The position numbers and the translations under genes were made by a program. A stretch of DNA of 64,000 nucleotides, taken from Fimbriosthenelais zetlandica. Its lineage: Eukaryota. The stretch spans positions 310,001 to 374,000 of the forward strand of contig OZ365115.1 in assembly GCA_977030845.1 (NCBI GenBank). Direction: 5' to 3'. Each line of letters begins with the position of its first letter. The stretch's first letter is position 1. This document shows, piece after piece, positions 1 to 12,115 of the stretch. A model generated the notes under the pieces. The model did not search any database and was not told the DNA's origin. It was given only the letters and a program-made list of their open reading frames with translations.

Positions 1-122
1 TGTTAACGGTCCTTTACACCTAGCTAAGGCTAACCACTGACACGATGACAAGTATTGGGTGTGACTAGGAATATAGTATAGCGCAGCTATCACTGGGAGA
101 ATCGTCTCTTTGTTACCAAGGC
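1..122. mobile_element. Same MITE family, right half (cut by the window edge)
   Basis: Near-identical to 21002-21095 (cctttacacc...gctaaccactgacacgatgacaagtattgggtgtgactaggaatatagtat). Confidence 0.72.
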
Positions 123-436
123 TTCCTCCTCTCTCACATCTCCACCAATTAGAAATATGACGCGGTAAAGAAAAACTTGGTTTATAGACGGTATCTATAT
201 TCATTATCTGATCAACGGAAGCTGGCAAGATCGCTTCCAAATCACGTCCAGATCTATAATGATATGACACGCCGTCACGCTGTCAGACCCTGGTGGTGTT
301 TGCAGACACTAATCACCCTGGTTAGACTCAGCTTGTCTTTCTGAACATTCATCAGTTCATTAATAAATATCTTAATATCCATTAAAGTTATAATCAGGCT
401 CGTTATCTAATCAGCCAGGGTGACTAGATGGGACTT

Positions 437-646
437 AAACCTGAGATTCACAGTGCATGGTGCAGTATAAACCTCAGATTCACTGTGCATGGTGCAGTAT
501 AAACCTCAGATTCACTGTGCATGGTGCAGTATAAACCTCAGATTCACTGTGCATGGTGCAGTATAAACCTCAGATTCACTGTGCATGGTGCAGTATAAAC
601 CTCAGATTCACTGTGCATGGTGCAGTATAAACCTCAGATTCACTGT
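437..646. repeat. 32-bp tandem repeat, about 6.5 copies
   Basis: aaacctcagattcactgtgcatggtgcagtat. Confidence 0.95.
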
Positions 647-883
647 GTAGTATTAACAGACATTCTAGGCATGGAGTACACGGCTGTATACTGCACTCTC
701 GTGCAATCCATGAAGGCGAAGTAAAGCGAGTAAACAAGTATTTATAGACGGTATAAAAATAAAAGTCATCTCAGGCTGCATATGGGACCAGGAGAGCCCG
801 AGTACAGGCGGCCATGATTGGTGCACGAGAGCCCGAGTACAAGCAGCCATGATAAATGTACATATATATATGTCCTATGTGTA

Positions 884-1268
884 TAATATGAAGCCCACCT
901 CACATCCAAGTGACTGACATATATAACCAGAAACCCTCCCCTCATATGGGTGGTGAAATTGGATGATATGGGTAGGAAACTTTGCAAGAATTGTAAATCT
1001 TCAATATCTAAATGATATCTTTATTATTTGGTACACTAATAGGGCACACCCTAGGGATAATTGCCTGCTGATTCTTGCAGTGATTCATGCTAGTGGGACC
1101 TGTCTACAAGACCTTAGATCACAAGTTCATGAATTCCAGCCAGAAATGAAATGATGCAAAAAATTGAGGGGAGAAGTCAACAATTGAGATCTACATCTAC
1201 ATAATATGAACCCCACTACACATCCAAGTATGTGACTGACATATATAACCAAAATCCCGCCCCTCCTA
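884..1268 (+). repeat. About 1.2 copies of the same 321-bp unit
   Basis: Shares gggcacaccctagggataattgcctgctgattcttgcagtgattcatgctagtgggacctgtctacaag with the 30040 array. Confidence 0.88.
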
Positions 1269-1394
1269 CAATATTATATGTGTGTATTTTATCTATATTT
1301 TCCTTCTATCCTGCGGTCAGGGCGATTAGGAGTGGGACCTGTTTATTGTCCATCTTGTTACTGTGAGTGGTATATAGAGAGAGAGGAGTGAGTC

Positions 1395-1435
<41 letters not shown>

Positions 1436-2382
1436 CCCCCTCTCCACCGTTATAACTCTAATATAAACAATCTATATAACTCACATCGATTGTTCTTTGT
1501 TATTATGTGGTACCCGGATGCGCAGATTGAACGCGTGTGATTACATGCATGTGTCAGTATCAGGCTACCTCATGGCATCAAATCATGACATACCTCATGG
1601 CATCAAATCATGACATACCTCATGGCATCAAATGTTATATATAATCCCCTTTTCTGTTGTATAAATCTAATCTAGACTATTCACAAAAATGTTCTGGTTG
1701 TATAAATCTAAACTTAGAGTATGGATCTACCACTAATATCTAAGACTATTCGTTACAGTGGGTGAGAGTTATAAGTGTATAAGTGAGGTGGTAATAGGTG
1801 GTAATAGTGGATGAGGGACATACGAGTATGGCAGTGCGTGGCTATGGGCTGGCCACAACCTCTCTCTCCTCTCACCTCCTCTCCCTCATCTTTCACCTCA
1901 TCTATCCCCTCTCCCCTCTCCTCTCAGTCTCATTTCGCCCGTTAATAGACCTAATATCGCTCACATTTAATGACCCTGTCAGTACTAATTAACTCCCGAG
2001 CTGCTCTCCTCCAACTCTCACTGTACAGAGAGAGGATGAGGTCTCAACCAACCACTGAGATCCTACATCTACCCTCTCCGCCAACCTCCCACCAACCACC
2101 CTCCCACCAACCACTCCAACCTATTACATCAATTGCCCACCCCCACCCCCACCCCCACCCCCACCACCACTCAACCCTCGACCCCGGCCACCACACATCA
2201 TATTAGAACATATAATATACATACTTACGTTATATATGCCGCCTAGTTGTAAACTCAGTCAGTAAGTTAATATAATATACTTTAGTCAGTATGTCTGACA
2301 GAATCACTCTCTCTGCTCTAAGTTAATGTAAACTTTCTGTATTTTGCAGGTGACGGTAAACCTGAGCCTCTTCACTGTGGGA

Positions 2383-2484
2383 GGCAATGAGAGGCAATGA
2401 GAGGCAATGAGAGGCAATGAGAGGCAATGAGAGGCAATGAGAGACAATGAGAGGCGATGAGAGGCAATGAGAGGCAATGAGAGG
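2383..2484. repeat. 10-bp tandem repeat, about 10 copies
   Basis: gaggcaatga. Confidence 0.95.
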
Positions 2485-2807
2485 CCTCCTCCAGAGGTCG
2501 TCATGGTAACCAGGAATACCAGTTACATGTAGCGAGGACATGTTGACATGGACATAGTGCTAGATGGACATGGACATGGTGACATGGACATAGTGCTAGA
2601 TGGACATGGACAGGATGTCATACTGACACATATACCAAGGTCACATCAAGGTCGTATGACATAGACACCAAGGTCATGGACACCAAGGTCATGGACTGAA
2701 TGAGTGATATACACCTAGCAACCATAGAGTGAGGGTACTGAACCATATCATACAGGAAATACGGTACTGATCATGGAGAATGGTGCACAGTATTCAGTAT
2801 TACTCAT

Positions 2808-3949
2808 GGAGTAGAGAATGGTGCACAGTAATCATATAGTATTACTCATGGAGTAGAGAATGGTGCACAGTAATCATATAGTATTACTCATGGAGTAGAG
2901 AATGGTGCACAGTATTCATATAGTATTACTCATGGAGTAGAGAATGGTGCACAGTAATCATATAGTATTACTCATGGAGTAGAGAATGGTGCACAGTAAT
3001 CATATAGTATTACTCATGGAGTAGAGAATGGTGCACAGTAGTCATATAGTATTACTCATGGAGTAGAGAATGGTGCACAGTATTCATATAGTATTACTCA
3101 TGGAGTAGAGAATGGTGCACAGTATTCATATAGTATTACTCATGGAGTAGAGAATGGTGCACAGTAATCATATAGTATTACTCATGGAGTAGAGAATGGT
3201 GCACAGTAATCATATAGTATTACTCATGGAGTAGAGAATGGTGCACAGTATTCATATAGTATTACTCATGGAGTAGAGAATGGTGCACAGTACTCATATA
3301 GTATTACTCATGGAGTAGAGAATGGTGCACAGTATTCATATAGTATTACTCATGGAGTAGAGAATGGTGCACAGTATTCATATAGTATTACTCATGGAGT
3401 AGAGAATGGTGCACAGTATTCATATAGTATTACTCATGGAGTAGAGAATGGTGCACAGTACTCATATAGTATTACTCATGGAGTAGAGAATGGTGCACAG
3501 TATTCATATAGTATTACTCATGGAGTAGAGAATGGTGCACAGTATTCATATAGTATTACTCATGGAGTAGAGAATGGTGCACAGTATTCATATAGTATTA
3601 CTCATGGAGTAGAGAATGGTGCACAGTACTCATATAGTATTACTCATGGAGTAGAGAATGGTGCACAGTATTCATATAGTATTACTCATGGAGTAGAGAA
3701 TGGTGCACAGTATTCATATAGTATTACTCATGGAGTAGAGAATGGTGCACAGTACTCATATAGTATTACTCATGGAGTAGAGAATGGTGCACAGTATTCA
3801 TATAGTATTACTCATGGAGTAGAGAATGGTGCACAGTATTCATATAGTATTACTCATGGAGTAGAGAATGGTGCACAGTACTCATATAGTATTACTCATG
3901 GAGTAGAGAATGGTGCACAGTACTCATATAGTATTACTCATGGAGTAGA
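2808..3949. repeat. 42-bp minisatellite x27, ending about 18 bp before the GPCR ATG
   Basis: ggagtagagaatggtgcacagta(a/t/c/g)tcatatagtattactcat; exact period 42 from 2808 to 3942. Confidence 0.97.
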
Positions 3950-3967
3950 ACATATAAAGCAGTATTA

Positions 3968-5593
3968 ATGATGGAGAATGTGACAGTATTGTTGTGGCGA
4001 GGTGACGTCACCATCTCACCATGGCGAGGTGACGTGTCACCATGGACTGTGACGTCACCGTGTGATAACGTCACGGATGTTAACTGTACGTCTGGGGTGG
4101 GTGTGACGTCATCACATGACGTGACGACGTTAAAGCTGGTCTATCACGGTGAGATCTGGACGCCGCCCGTCATTCAGCGTATCGTCATGTTGGTCATCCT
4201 CATGATCCTCACATTGATCGGTAACATTATAATCATCATCGTCCTCAGCTGTAGTAAGTATAAGAAGTTAAACCGGCGTGTCAACATCTTCATCGTGAAC
4301 CTGGCTATAGGTGACCTGACGGTGTGCTGCTTCACCATGACCACTGAGATCCTGTTTGTGGTGTTTGAGGGGGCCTGGGTGCTGGGCGCTGTAGCCTGTA
4401 AGGTTCTACTGTACATACAGGTGATCACGTTAGCCAGTACCACGTTTATACTGACCGCCATGAGCTTTGACCGTTACCAGGCCATCTGTAAACCTCTCAG
4501 TTTTGGTAACACCATCTCACGGGCTCGTAAGATGATCGCCATCTCGTGGATCCTCGCCTTCATCTTCGCGTGGCCTCAACTTCTCATCTTTAAGCAGAAC
4601 GCGGTGGGCGTATACGTGGACGGCGTGGTGAAGTATAAGTGCCGCAGTAAGGGCTACACCGCCTGGTGGCAGCGTAAACTCTACTTTACGTTCCTCACGG
4701 CCTACATCCTCGTCATACCAGCCGCGCTCATCTGCTTCTGCTATTTTAACGTCGTTAAGGTGGTGTGGCGTCAGGGACGTGACACGACGCGGGACGCGGG
4801 CGTGTCACTGCGACGTACGATACGTGACAACAAGGCCATCCCGCGAGCTAAAGTAAAGACCATCAAGATGACGCTGAGCATCATCTGTACCTTCATCATG
4901 TGCTGGACCCCGTACTTCGTGGTCCACCTCATCCACATCTGGTCTGAGTACACGGCTCAGATCCCCGAGGAGGTGTACGCCTTCGCTGAGACCATCGCCT
5001 TGTTGAACAGCGCCCTCAACCCCATCCTGTACGGCTGCTTTAACATCAAACTTAAACGTGGCTTACTGGAGGTGTTCTGTCCTCACAAAGTCAAGATGAG
5101 GGAGCGGCAGCAGTTCAGAGACATGGCGACAGGCGTCACTGAGTGTATGTCAGTCAATGAGAATAACGCGTGTGTCGACATGGCGAAACACATCAGTGGG
5201 CGGTGTGTGCGAGATGCCAGCAGCTCCAGTCATAGCTGTCACAGCTGCCAGTCACATCACAGCTGCCAGTCACATCACAGCTGCCAGTCACATCCCAGTT
5301 GCCAGTCACATCCCAGTTGCCAGTCACATCCCAGTTGCCAGTCACATCCCAGTTGCCAGTCACACCCCAGTTGCCAGTCACACCCGAGTCACAGTCACAG
5401 CTCTGGTGATAAAGATGGCCGCACGCGGACCTCGTCTAAAGATAATATAATCACAGAGGAGAACGTGAACGGAATCAAACTGAGGGTGAGGTTCACTAAC
5501 GGCGGGAGCAGGTCACCACTGTCACAGTCTATAAACGGTATTAACAGTCCTATAGACGACGAGTCAAAGACACTGATGACCACTAACACATAG
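3968..5593 (+). CDS. Intronless class A GPCR, neuropeptide receptor of the vasopressin/oxytocin-GnRH-CCAP/NPS receptor superfamily (541 aa)
   Basis: Seven hydrophobic segments with canonical motifs: TM1 GN, TM2 NLAIGDL, TM3 C...DRYQAIC, TM4 W...WPQ, TM6 CWTPYF, TM7 NSALNPILY. N-terminal N-glycosylation sequons (NVT, NVT, NCT). TM4 PQ and 'IPRAKVKTIKMT' are typical of this superfamily. GC3-rich codons. Confidence 0.96.
   Translation: MMENVTVLLWRGDVTISPWRGDVSPWTVTSPCDNVTDVNCTSGVGVTSSHDVTTLKLVYHGEIWTPPVIQRIVMLVILMILTLIGNIIIIIVLSCSKYKKLNRRVNIFIVNLAIGDLTVCCFTMTTEILFVVFEGAWVLGAVACKVLLYIQVITLASTTFILTAMSFDRYQAICKPLSFGNTISRARKMIAISWILAFIFAWPQLLIFKQNAVGVYVDGVVKYKCRSKGYTAWWQRKLYFTFLTAYILVIPAALICFCYFNVVKVVWRQGRDTTRDAGVSLRRTIRDNKAIPRAKVKTIKMTLSIICTFIMCWTPYFVVHLIHIWSEYTAQIPEEVYAFAETIALLNSALNPILYGCFNIKLKRGLLEVFCPHKVKMRERQQFRDMATGVTECMSVNENNACVDMAKHISGRCVRDASSSSHSCHSCQSHHSCQSHHSCQSHPSCQSHPSCQSHPSCQSHPSCQSHPSCQSHPSHSHSSGDKDGRTRTSSKDNIITEENVNGIKLRVRFTNGGSRSPLSQSINGINSPIDDESKTLMTTNT
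5243..5386 (+). repeat. Coding 18-bp repeat x8 (SCQSH[H/P]) in the GPCR C-tail
   Basis: agYtgccagtcacaYcMc; 8 x 18 = 144 nt, in frame. Confidence 0.95.
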
Positions 5594-5839
5594 ACCCACA
5601 CTAACTACACATAGACCTACATCACATAGACCTACACTAACTACAAACACATAGACCTACTCACAGATACAGAGAGCTAAATACACTCACCACAACCAGA
5701 GAGCTACTCTCATTCAATATAAGCTCAGACAACAAGCACCAGATCACTGCTATATTAACCAGACCAGAAACTGCTACTGAGTAATTAAACTGCTACTAAA
5801 ACACAGTATAAAACATACAATAAAAGATGTACTCACAAA

Positions 5840-5993
5840 CCAGACCCACTACTGACACTGCTACACTGACCAAGACAAACCTCCCCCAGACCAGACCCCC
5901 TACTGACACTGCTACACTGACCAAGACAAACCTCCCCCAGACCAGACCCCCTACTGACACTGCTACACTGACCAAGACAAACCTCCCCCACAC
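5840..5993. repeat. 51-bp tandem repeat x3
   Basis: ccagaccccctactgacactgctacactgaccaagacaaacctcccccaga. Confidence 0.9.
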
Positions 5994-7353
5994 CAGGTGA
6001 ACAGTGGATACCGATACGTACACATACACTGCTCACCCACCGTTCACACACGTAACGTGAAGTTCTACAACTCTATATTACGCTCAATATTGTCATCATT
6101 GAAACCCCCGTGATCGTGAAACGTTACAAATACTCAGGAAGACTTGTAAATACTTTACCTGGTGACTAACAGTGCATGATAAACTATAATAAAGTATAAA
6201 CTAATCAAAACAGAGTGAATGTTCATGATAAACTATAGAATAAACTAATCAACACAAACAGAGTGAATGTTCATGATAAACTATTCATCATTTGGTGAAT
6301 GGCTCGTGATTTGTGATCAGTGTATTACTCACTTATACACTTCCGGTTGTATAAATGAATCTGTCACAGGACAAGAACTTTCACTAGAAATGTGACAGGA
6401 AGGAAAATCACAGGAAACTCAGAACAAGGCCCTCACGAGGCCTGCAGTGGGAGAAAACAGAGAGAAAAATCCAGAGTTTTTTTTCCTGTGAGAGAAGCAA
6501 GTGAAAACTGGGTGTGTTGGCTCCCGTTAGGGGACTGTATACTAAGACAGTGCTCACGGTACTGTCCGTGAGGAGGTGGACATGTCATGCCCACACCAGG
6601 TGAGTGTCCTAACATGGACCCACACTACTGAGGCTGCTACTGACAGCAAGTACAGAGCTGACTGTTACTGACAGTAACCACAGAGCTACCACTCAACCTG
6701 CTACTGACAGCAGACCTATCGTAATAAATCTACACAATATGGTGTATTCTTATGTAGGCTGGTAAACCACAGTGTAAGAGTGTAAGCCTCGGCTCGCCTA
6801 TATTATGTAAGCCTAGAGGCTGTTACATTGTAAGCCTCAGGGCCTGTAGAGGCTGGTGTAGCATTGTGTAAGCCTGGGCTACATTTATTGAGGCTGATAT
6901 AGCTCAGTCTCTGGTCGTATACCTTTATTGAGGCTGGTGTAGCCTGCATTTAACCTATTATTGGATTGTTGTCACTCTATGTGTGATTCTAATGACGGAT
7001 TTTCATACTTGAATAATCAGATTGTGACTATTGTAAGATTTTATAAAGATTTCCTGGTGATAAATGATTATAGTGATTGATATTAGAGACTTCTTACACT
7101 CCACATTCCTGACAACTACGTCCTCGTCTGACAACTACGTCCTCGTCTGACAACTACGTTATCCACGCGGGCTCATGGTCTCATGATCACACAGGTTTAT
7201 AGTTGTTAATACAGCCGTACAGTCTCCTCACAGCTGGAGGCACAGGAACAGAACGGCCATATTAAAAACCATGAATGTTTCATATCTGTCATAACAAAAG
7301 CTTTGAAATTCGTTTTCCTCCAAGATTGGGACAGGGGCTACCCGACGAGAACA

Positions 7354-7470
7354 GGACTACCCACGGAGAGCAGGACTACCCATGGAGAATGGGACTACCC
7401 ATGGAGAATGGGACTACCCATGGAGAATGGGACTACCCATGGAGAATGGGACTACCCATGGAGAATGGGA
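7354..7470. repeat. 19-bp tandem repeat, about 6 copies
   Basis: ggactacccatggagaatg. Confidence 0.9.
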
Positions 7471-10439
7471 CTTGATGGGGTAGGGGAGAATGGAAGTTTT
7501 ATGTTATGTGAAGCTAATGGCATCATAAGATATGACATAAACTGTGTGCTTGTTTTTGTTGACTGTTGTTTGAAGCTATTATAGGTGATTATTTATTATG
7601 AATATTATAAGTGATTATTGAGTAAATATAGGTGATAATTTAAATGATAATTTAAGTGACTATTTATTGATTATATTATATGTGATTATAATGAATCTCA
7701 ATCGATGTGTGTATGGTTTGTTACTACATTAAAATCTAAAAAATTCAACTCGTATTATTTCATTTATACAGAGATGAATTAGTTAGAGATGAATTACAAG
7801 TAGTTAGCTACACGCTACATTCACTAGACAAAAATACTGCAACATTGAGGCACAATCAAAGAGGCATTTTTTCATCTAGGGTCAGCCTGTTTTAACCCTG
7901 GTTTGCCTGTTTTAACCCTGGTTTGCTTGTTTTCTGTGGTCGGTGTTTTTGTGTGGGGAGGAGGAGGTCGTCCAGACTATTAATGGGTTCTGGTTGTAGC
8001 TTTTAGCCGCCGCCCTGGACAATGTTTGCTCCCGTGTCTTCTGTTTGCTCCACTAAGAAAGTGTCTTGTGTTTGCTCCACTCAAAAACCTGTGTCCACCC
8101 TCCCTGTCTCTCACTTCTTGCTCGCTCTTTCTCCCCTCTTTCTCTTCTGTGTCACTTTCTCTCACTCCCACTCTGTCTCTCCCTCTCCTCACTCTCACTC
8201 CTCTTTCTCCCGCTTTCTCTCTCAAAGACACAGGCATAGTATAGTTTCACGGTCTACAGGCAGACAGACAGACAGACAGACAGACAGACTGACTGATGGC
8301 GGCTTGCCCACCATGGCTGACTGTCACGTCGCCGCCATCATGGACAAACAGGCTATAGCACGAACTTATTACCCTCCTATATCACTCACACCCCCAACCT
8401 AACACCCCCAACCTAACATCCCTCACACCCTCAACTCCCACACACCACACACCCAGCCCCCACACACCGAGCCCCCACACCCACGGCCCCCACACCCCAA
8501 CACCCACATACACCTTTTTTCATTATGTAGAGGAAGTGGTAGGATACCCAATTGAACACTCTTCGATCATGGTTCAAATGTACGAAACAAAACGAAAAGA
8601 ACTAAAGTTCAGATGAGATCAATTATCTTTAAGATACAAAAGAAACCATACTATAAGCAACATGATAGTCTCTAACTAAATTGTATATTCAAAATTGTTA
8701 CTTTCTTCAATAATCCCAGAGCAAATTTCTTAAAAATTATCCCACTCACCCATCATACCCCCGACTCCCTCACCCCATCCCCGCCATCATTTCCATTCAC
8801 TAAAATCCTACTGACGAGCCACTGTGAAAGCAGCCACTGTGAAAGCAGCCACTGTGAAAGCAGCCACTGTGAAAGCAGCCACTGTCAACTGTTTAGTAAA
8901 TTTAGCAGGCACGGGAACTCCCCACCTAACATTGCCATAATATCTCAGCATGGTTACAAATTAATGTCTGTGAGAATATGTGCGAATGTGGGGGAATGTG
9001 CCTGCGTGTGTGACTGTGGCACTATGTGACTTTAGTGGGGAATGTGTCGGTATGTGAGAGTCGTTTCATGGTGGGTGTGAGAGTGGATCTGGACCCCCCC
9101 CCCCCACCCCCCCCCCCCCCGCCCCCCATCCCGCTATATCCGCCGGTATTTACTGGGCGGAGTGAGCGTGATTGAGAGAGGAAGACACAGACTTTATATT
9201 CAGATTGTCTGCTACTGGAACCAGCCGCTAAAATCCTGCCCATTACAACCACAATATATACAATATATACAATACACTAGAGGAAGCAAACAATACAATA
9301 TATAGACTATAATAGACAATAAGGGGAGGCGGGTAGAAGTATTAGACGACATACCACAACCCGCCAGCCACAATCACCCTAAACTATTTATGCTGAGCAG
9401 GAAATCGTCCAATATTACATTTACCACTATATTATAGATCACCCTCCACTATACTAGTAAAGCCGGGCATCCACTATCACGATAGACCACTAAGATAGAC
9501 TCACTGATGGAGAAAACACTAAAAATACAGTCAAAATGCATGTTCACACCCGTGATAGACCATGATAGACCATGATAGACCATGATAGACCACTAAGATA
9601 GCAGTTAAGATAGGTTATACGACAGAGAGAACATCAATCAAGTTACTTTAATTCATTCCCGTATAAAACACAAACAGTATTTTCAAACACAAGCATTGTT
9701 AGAGGCAGCAACAATGAGCAGCAGTCCCTTTTGTCCAGTGAGGGTAAGTTCATCTTTCACTATTTTTCTTTCCTAATTTCGCTGTAATTTTCTCACAAAT
9801 GGCACATGTTGTCATCTCACTGTAGGACAACCTTATACGTGGATATTAATGACATCCTAAAACACGCAGCAACAGGAGAATTATATTGGCAATATTCTCA
9901 TACATATAAATGTGTAACAACTTATGACAGAAATAATATAACTTTGATTACGTACTTTCTCCTCGCTCTCTTCTACCTCTCACCTTCTCCTCGCTCTCTT
10001 CTACCTCTCCCCTTCTCCCCGCTCTCTTCTACCTCTCCCCTTCTCCTCGCTCTCTTCTACCTCTCACCTTCTCCCCGCTCTCTTCTACCTCTCACCTTCT
10101 ACCTTCTAGCCCCAAATAAATGAAGTTGAATATTCCGGTTTTGTCATAGATTGTGAGAGTAGAGTATGAGCTGTGTCAGTCCTCCAGGTCGGGCAGGTTA
10201 ATCAGATATATTATAGACAGAGCGGGGGCTAATAAGAACATGAGCTAATACCGACATGGCCTAATACCAACATGAGCTAATACCAACATGAGCTAATACC
10301 AACATGAACTAATACCAACACGTCTACTGACGGTTTAATTATAGAATAAGACCAGTACAGGGGGATTAGGCCCCGGGGAGGCCTGACTAGATCACCTCAT
10401 TTACTTTACATTCACTAAATGAAAGCTGGGTCTAATACG

Positions 10440-10582
10440 GGGCCTCCACTACCACGATAGAACAGTTAATATAGCTTAAAACAGGGCCTCCACTACCACG
10501 ATAAAAGAGCAGTTAATATAGCTTAAAACAGGGCCTCCACTACCACGATAAAAGAGCAGTTAACATAGCTTAAAACAGGGCC
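10440..10582. repeat. About 47-bp tandem repeat x3
   Basis: gggcctccactaccacgataaaagagcagttaatatagcttaaaaca. Confidence 0.85.
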
Positions 10583-11002
10583 ACCACTCTTACAATAGTC
10601 CACTAAATTTTATTTAAATAGCAGTTATGTATTGGCTTATAATTTTCGGGGGCTGGGTGCGGGCTTCTATGTCATATATATATATCCTATCCCCCCCCCC
10701 CCCCCCCAACTGTTGTAAAATGCAGCAGCTGGTCTCTGTCACCTCATCCAGGGCAAGGACATTGTGACAGACATGTTGACAGGGCCTGACGAGGCCCGGT
10801 GAGGCCCAGTGAGGCCCTCTGACCTCAGGTCCTTCCTGTAGCTGTCCCACACACCGAGTGTCCATTCTATACCGGAGATTACCATATGTATGTCTATAAT
10901 AAAACCTACTACACGCTCACCCAAAATGACTGACACACTTTGAAAAAAATCAAATTGGAACATGAACTGACTGTCACAGCAGCCCACTACAGGACCTGCT
11001 AA

Positions 11003-11190
11003 CACAGCTGCTTCACAGCTGCTTCACAGCCGCTAACACAGCTGCTAACACAGCTGCTTGACAGCTGCTTGACAGCTGCTTGACAGCTGCTTCACAGCTG
11101 CTTCACATCTGCTAACACAGCTGCTTCACAGCTGCTAACACAGCTGCTAACACAGCTGCTAACACAGCTGCTAACACAGCTGCTTGACGT
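11003..11190. repeat. 11/12-bp tandem repeat
   Basis: acagctgct(aac/tc/tg). Confidence 0.9.
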
Positions 11191-11612
11191 TCTGTGTAAG
11201 TTTTGCACTAAAGGTGAATAGGGTTACAGCAGAAATAAGAGGATTAAATATCGCACCGAGAAGGTTAGAAAGGAAATCTAGTTTTAAAAACAGGATTTTA
11301 ACGCATTTTGTACTAAATGACATTAACACGGTATTAGTTTACTAAGTAGCGACCCCTGGATGATAGTTTAATAACCTCAGAGTATCAGTTACTGCCCCAA
11401 TAACAGGTGACTGCCCCGGGGCAATAACAGGTGACTGCCCGGGGCAATAACAGGTGACTGCCCCGGGCAATAACTGGCCGGGGCTGAGGGAGTGAGATAT
11501 GATAGGTGTATTACACTAGTGCCGTACCTGTCATCACCACTCAGACAACTAATAAACGCCGGAAATACTCCGCCTCCCAGACGGCAATGGACGGAACTCA
11601 CAGAAGTGGGCG

Positions 11613-12014
11613 ACCAATAGTTAACATGAGCTCACCAATAGTTAACATGAGCTGACCAATAGTTAACATGAGCTGACCAATAGTTAACATGAGCTGACCA
11701 ATAGTTAACATGAGCTGACCAATAGTTAACATGAGCTGACCAATAGTTAACATGAGCTGACCAATAGTTAACATGAGCTGACCAATAGTTAACATGAGCT
11801 GACCAATAGTTAACATGAGCTCACCAATAGTTAACATGAGCTGACCAATAGTTAACATGAGCTGACCAATAGTTAACATGAGCTGACCAATAGTTAACAT
11901 GAGCTGACCAATAGTTAACATGAGCTGACCAATAGTTAACATGAGCTGACCAATAGTTAACATGAGCTGACCAATAGTTAACATGAGCTGACCAATAGTT
12001 AACATGAGCTGACC
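11613..12014. repeat. 21-bp minisatellite x19
   Basis: accaatagttaacatgagctg. Confidence 0.97.
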
Positions 12015-12027
12015 AGGAGACACTCAC

Positions 12028-12115
12028 ACCTGTGGCCATGTCATAACAGATACAAGCAGGAGAACAGCAAGCACAATCACAGCAGTGATGACAAATGTGA
12101 GATTCTGCTGATTCT
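12028..12115 (-). CDS. Candidate orphan exon encoding a TM-like helix (NQQNLTFVITAVIVLAVLLLVSVMTWPQ)
   Basis: Open 28-codon frame with about 20 hydrophobic residues and a strong gtgagt donor; the acceptor is weak. Confidence 0.25.

Noticed and set aside
4003-4111. Three TGACGTCA (CRE) palindromes in the GPCR N-terminal coding region
   Set aside because: Explained by local duplication and GTG-ACG-TCA-type codon usage, also seen in the FN3 last exon.
4174-5450. Alternative-frame and antisense ORFs overlapping the GPCR
   Set aside because: Shadows of the real CDS or of its 18-nt repeat.
11598-12039. Repetitive ORFs (GQLMLTI)n and similar ORFs over minisatellites (17127, 20314, 25560, 28979, 34284, 36399, 60908)
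   Set aside because: Open only because the repeat unit lacks a stop in that frame; no domain content.
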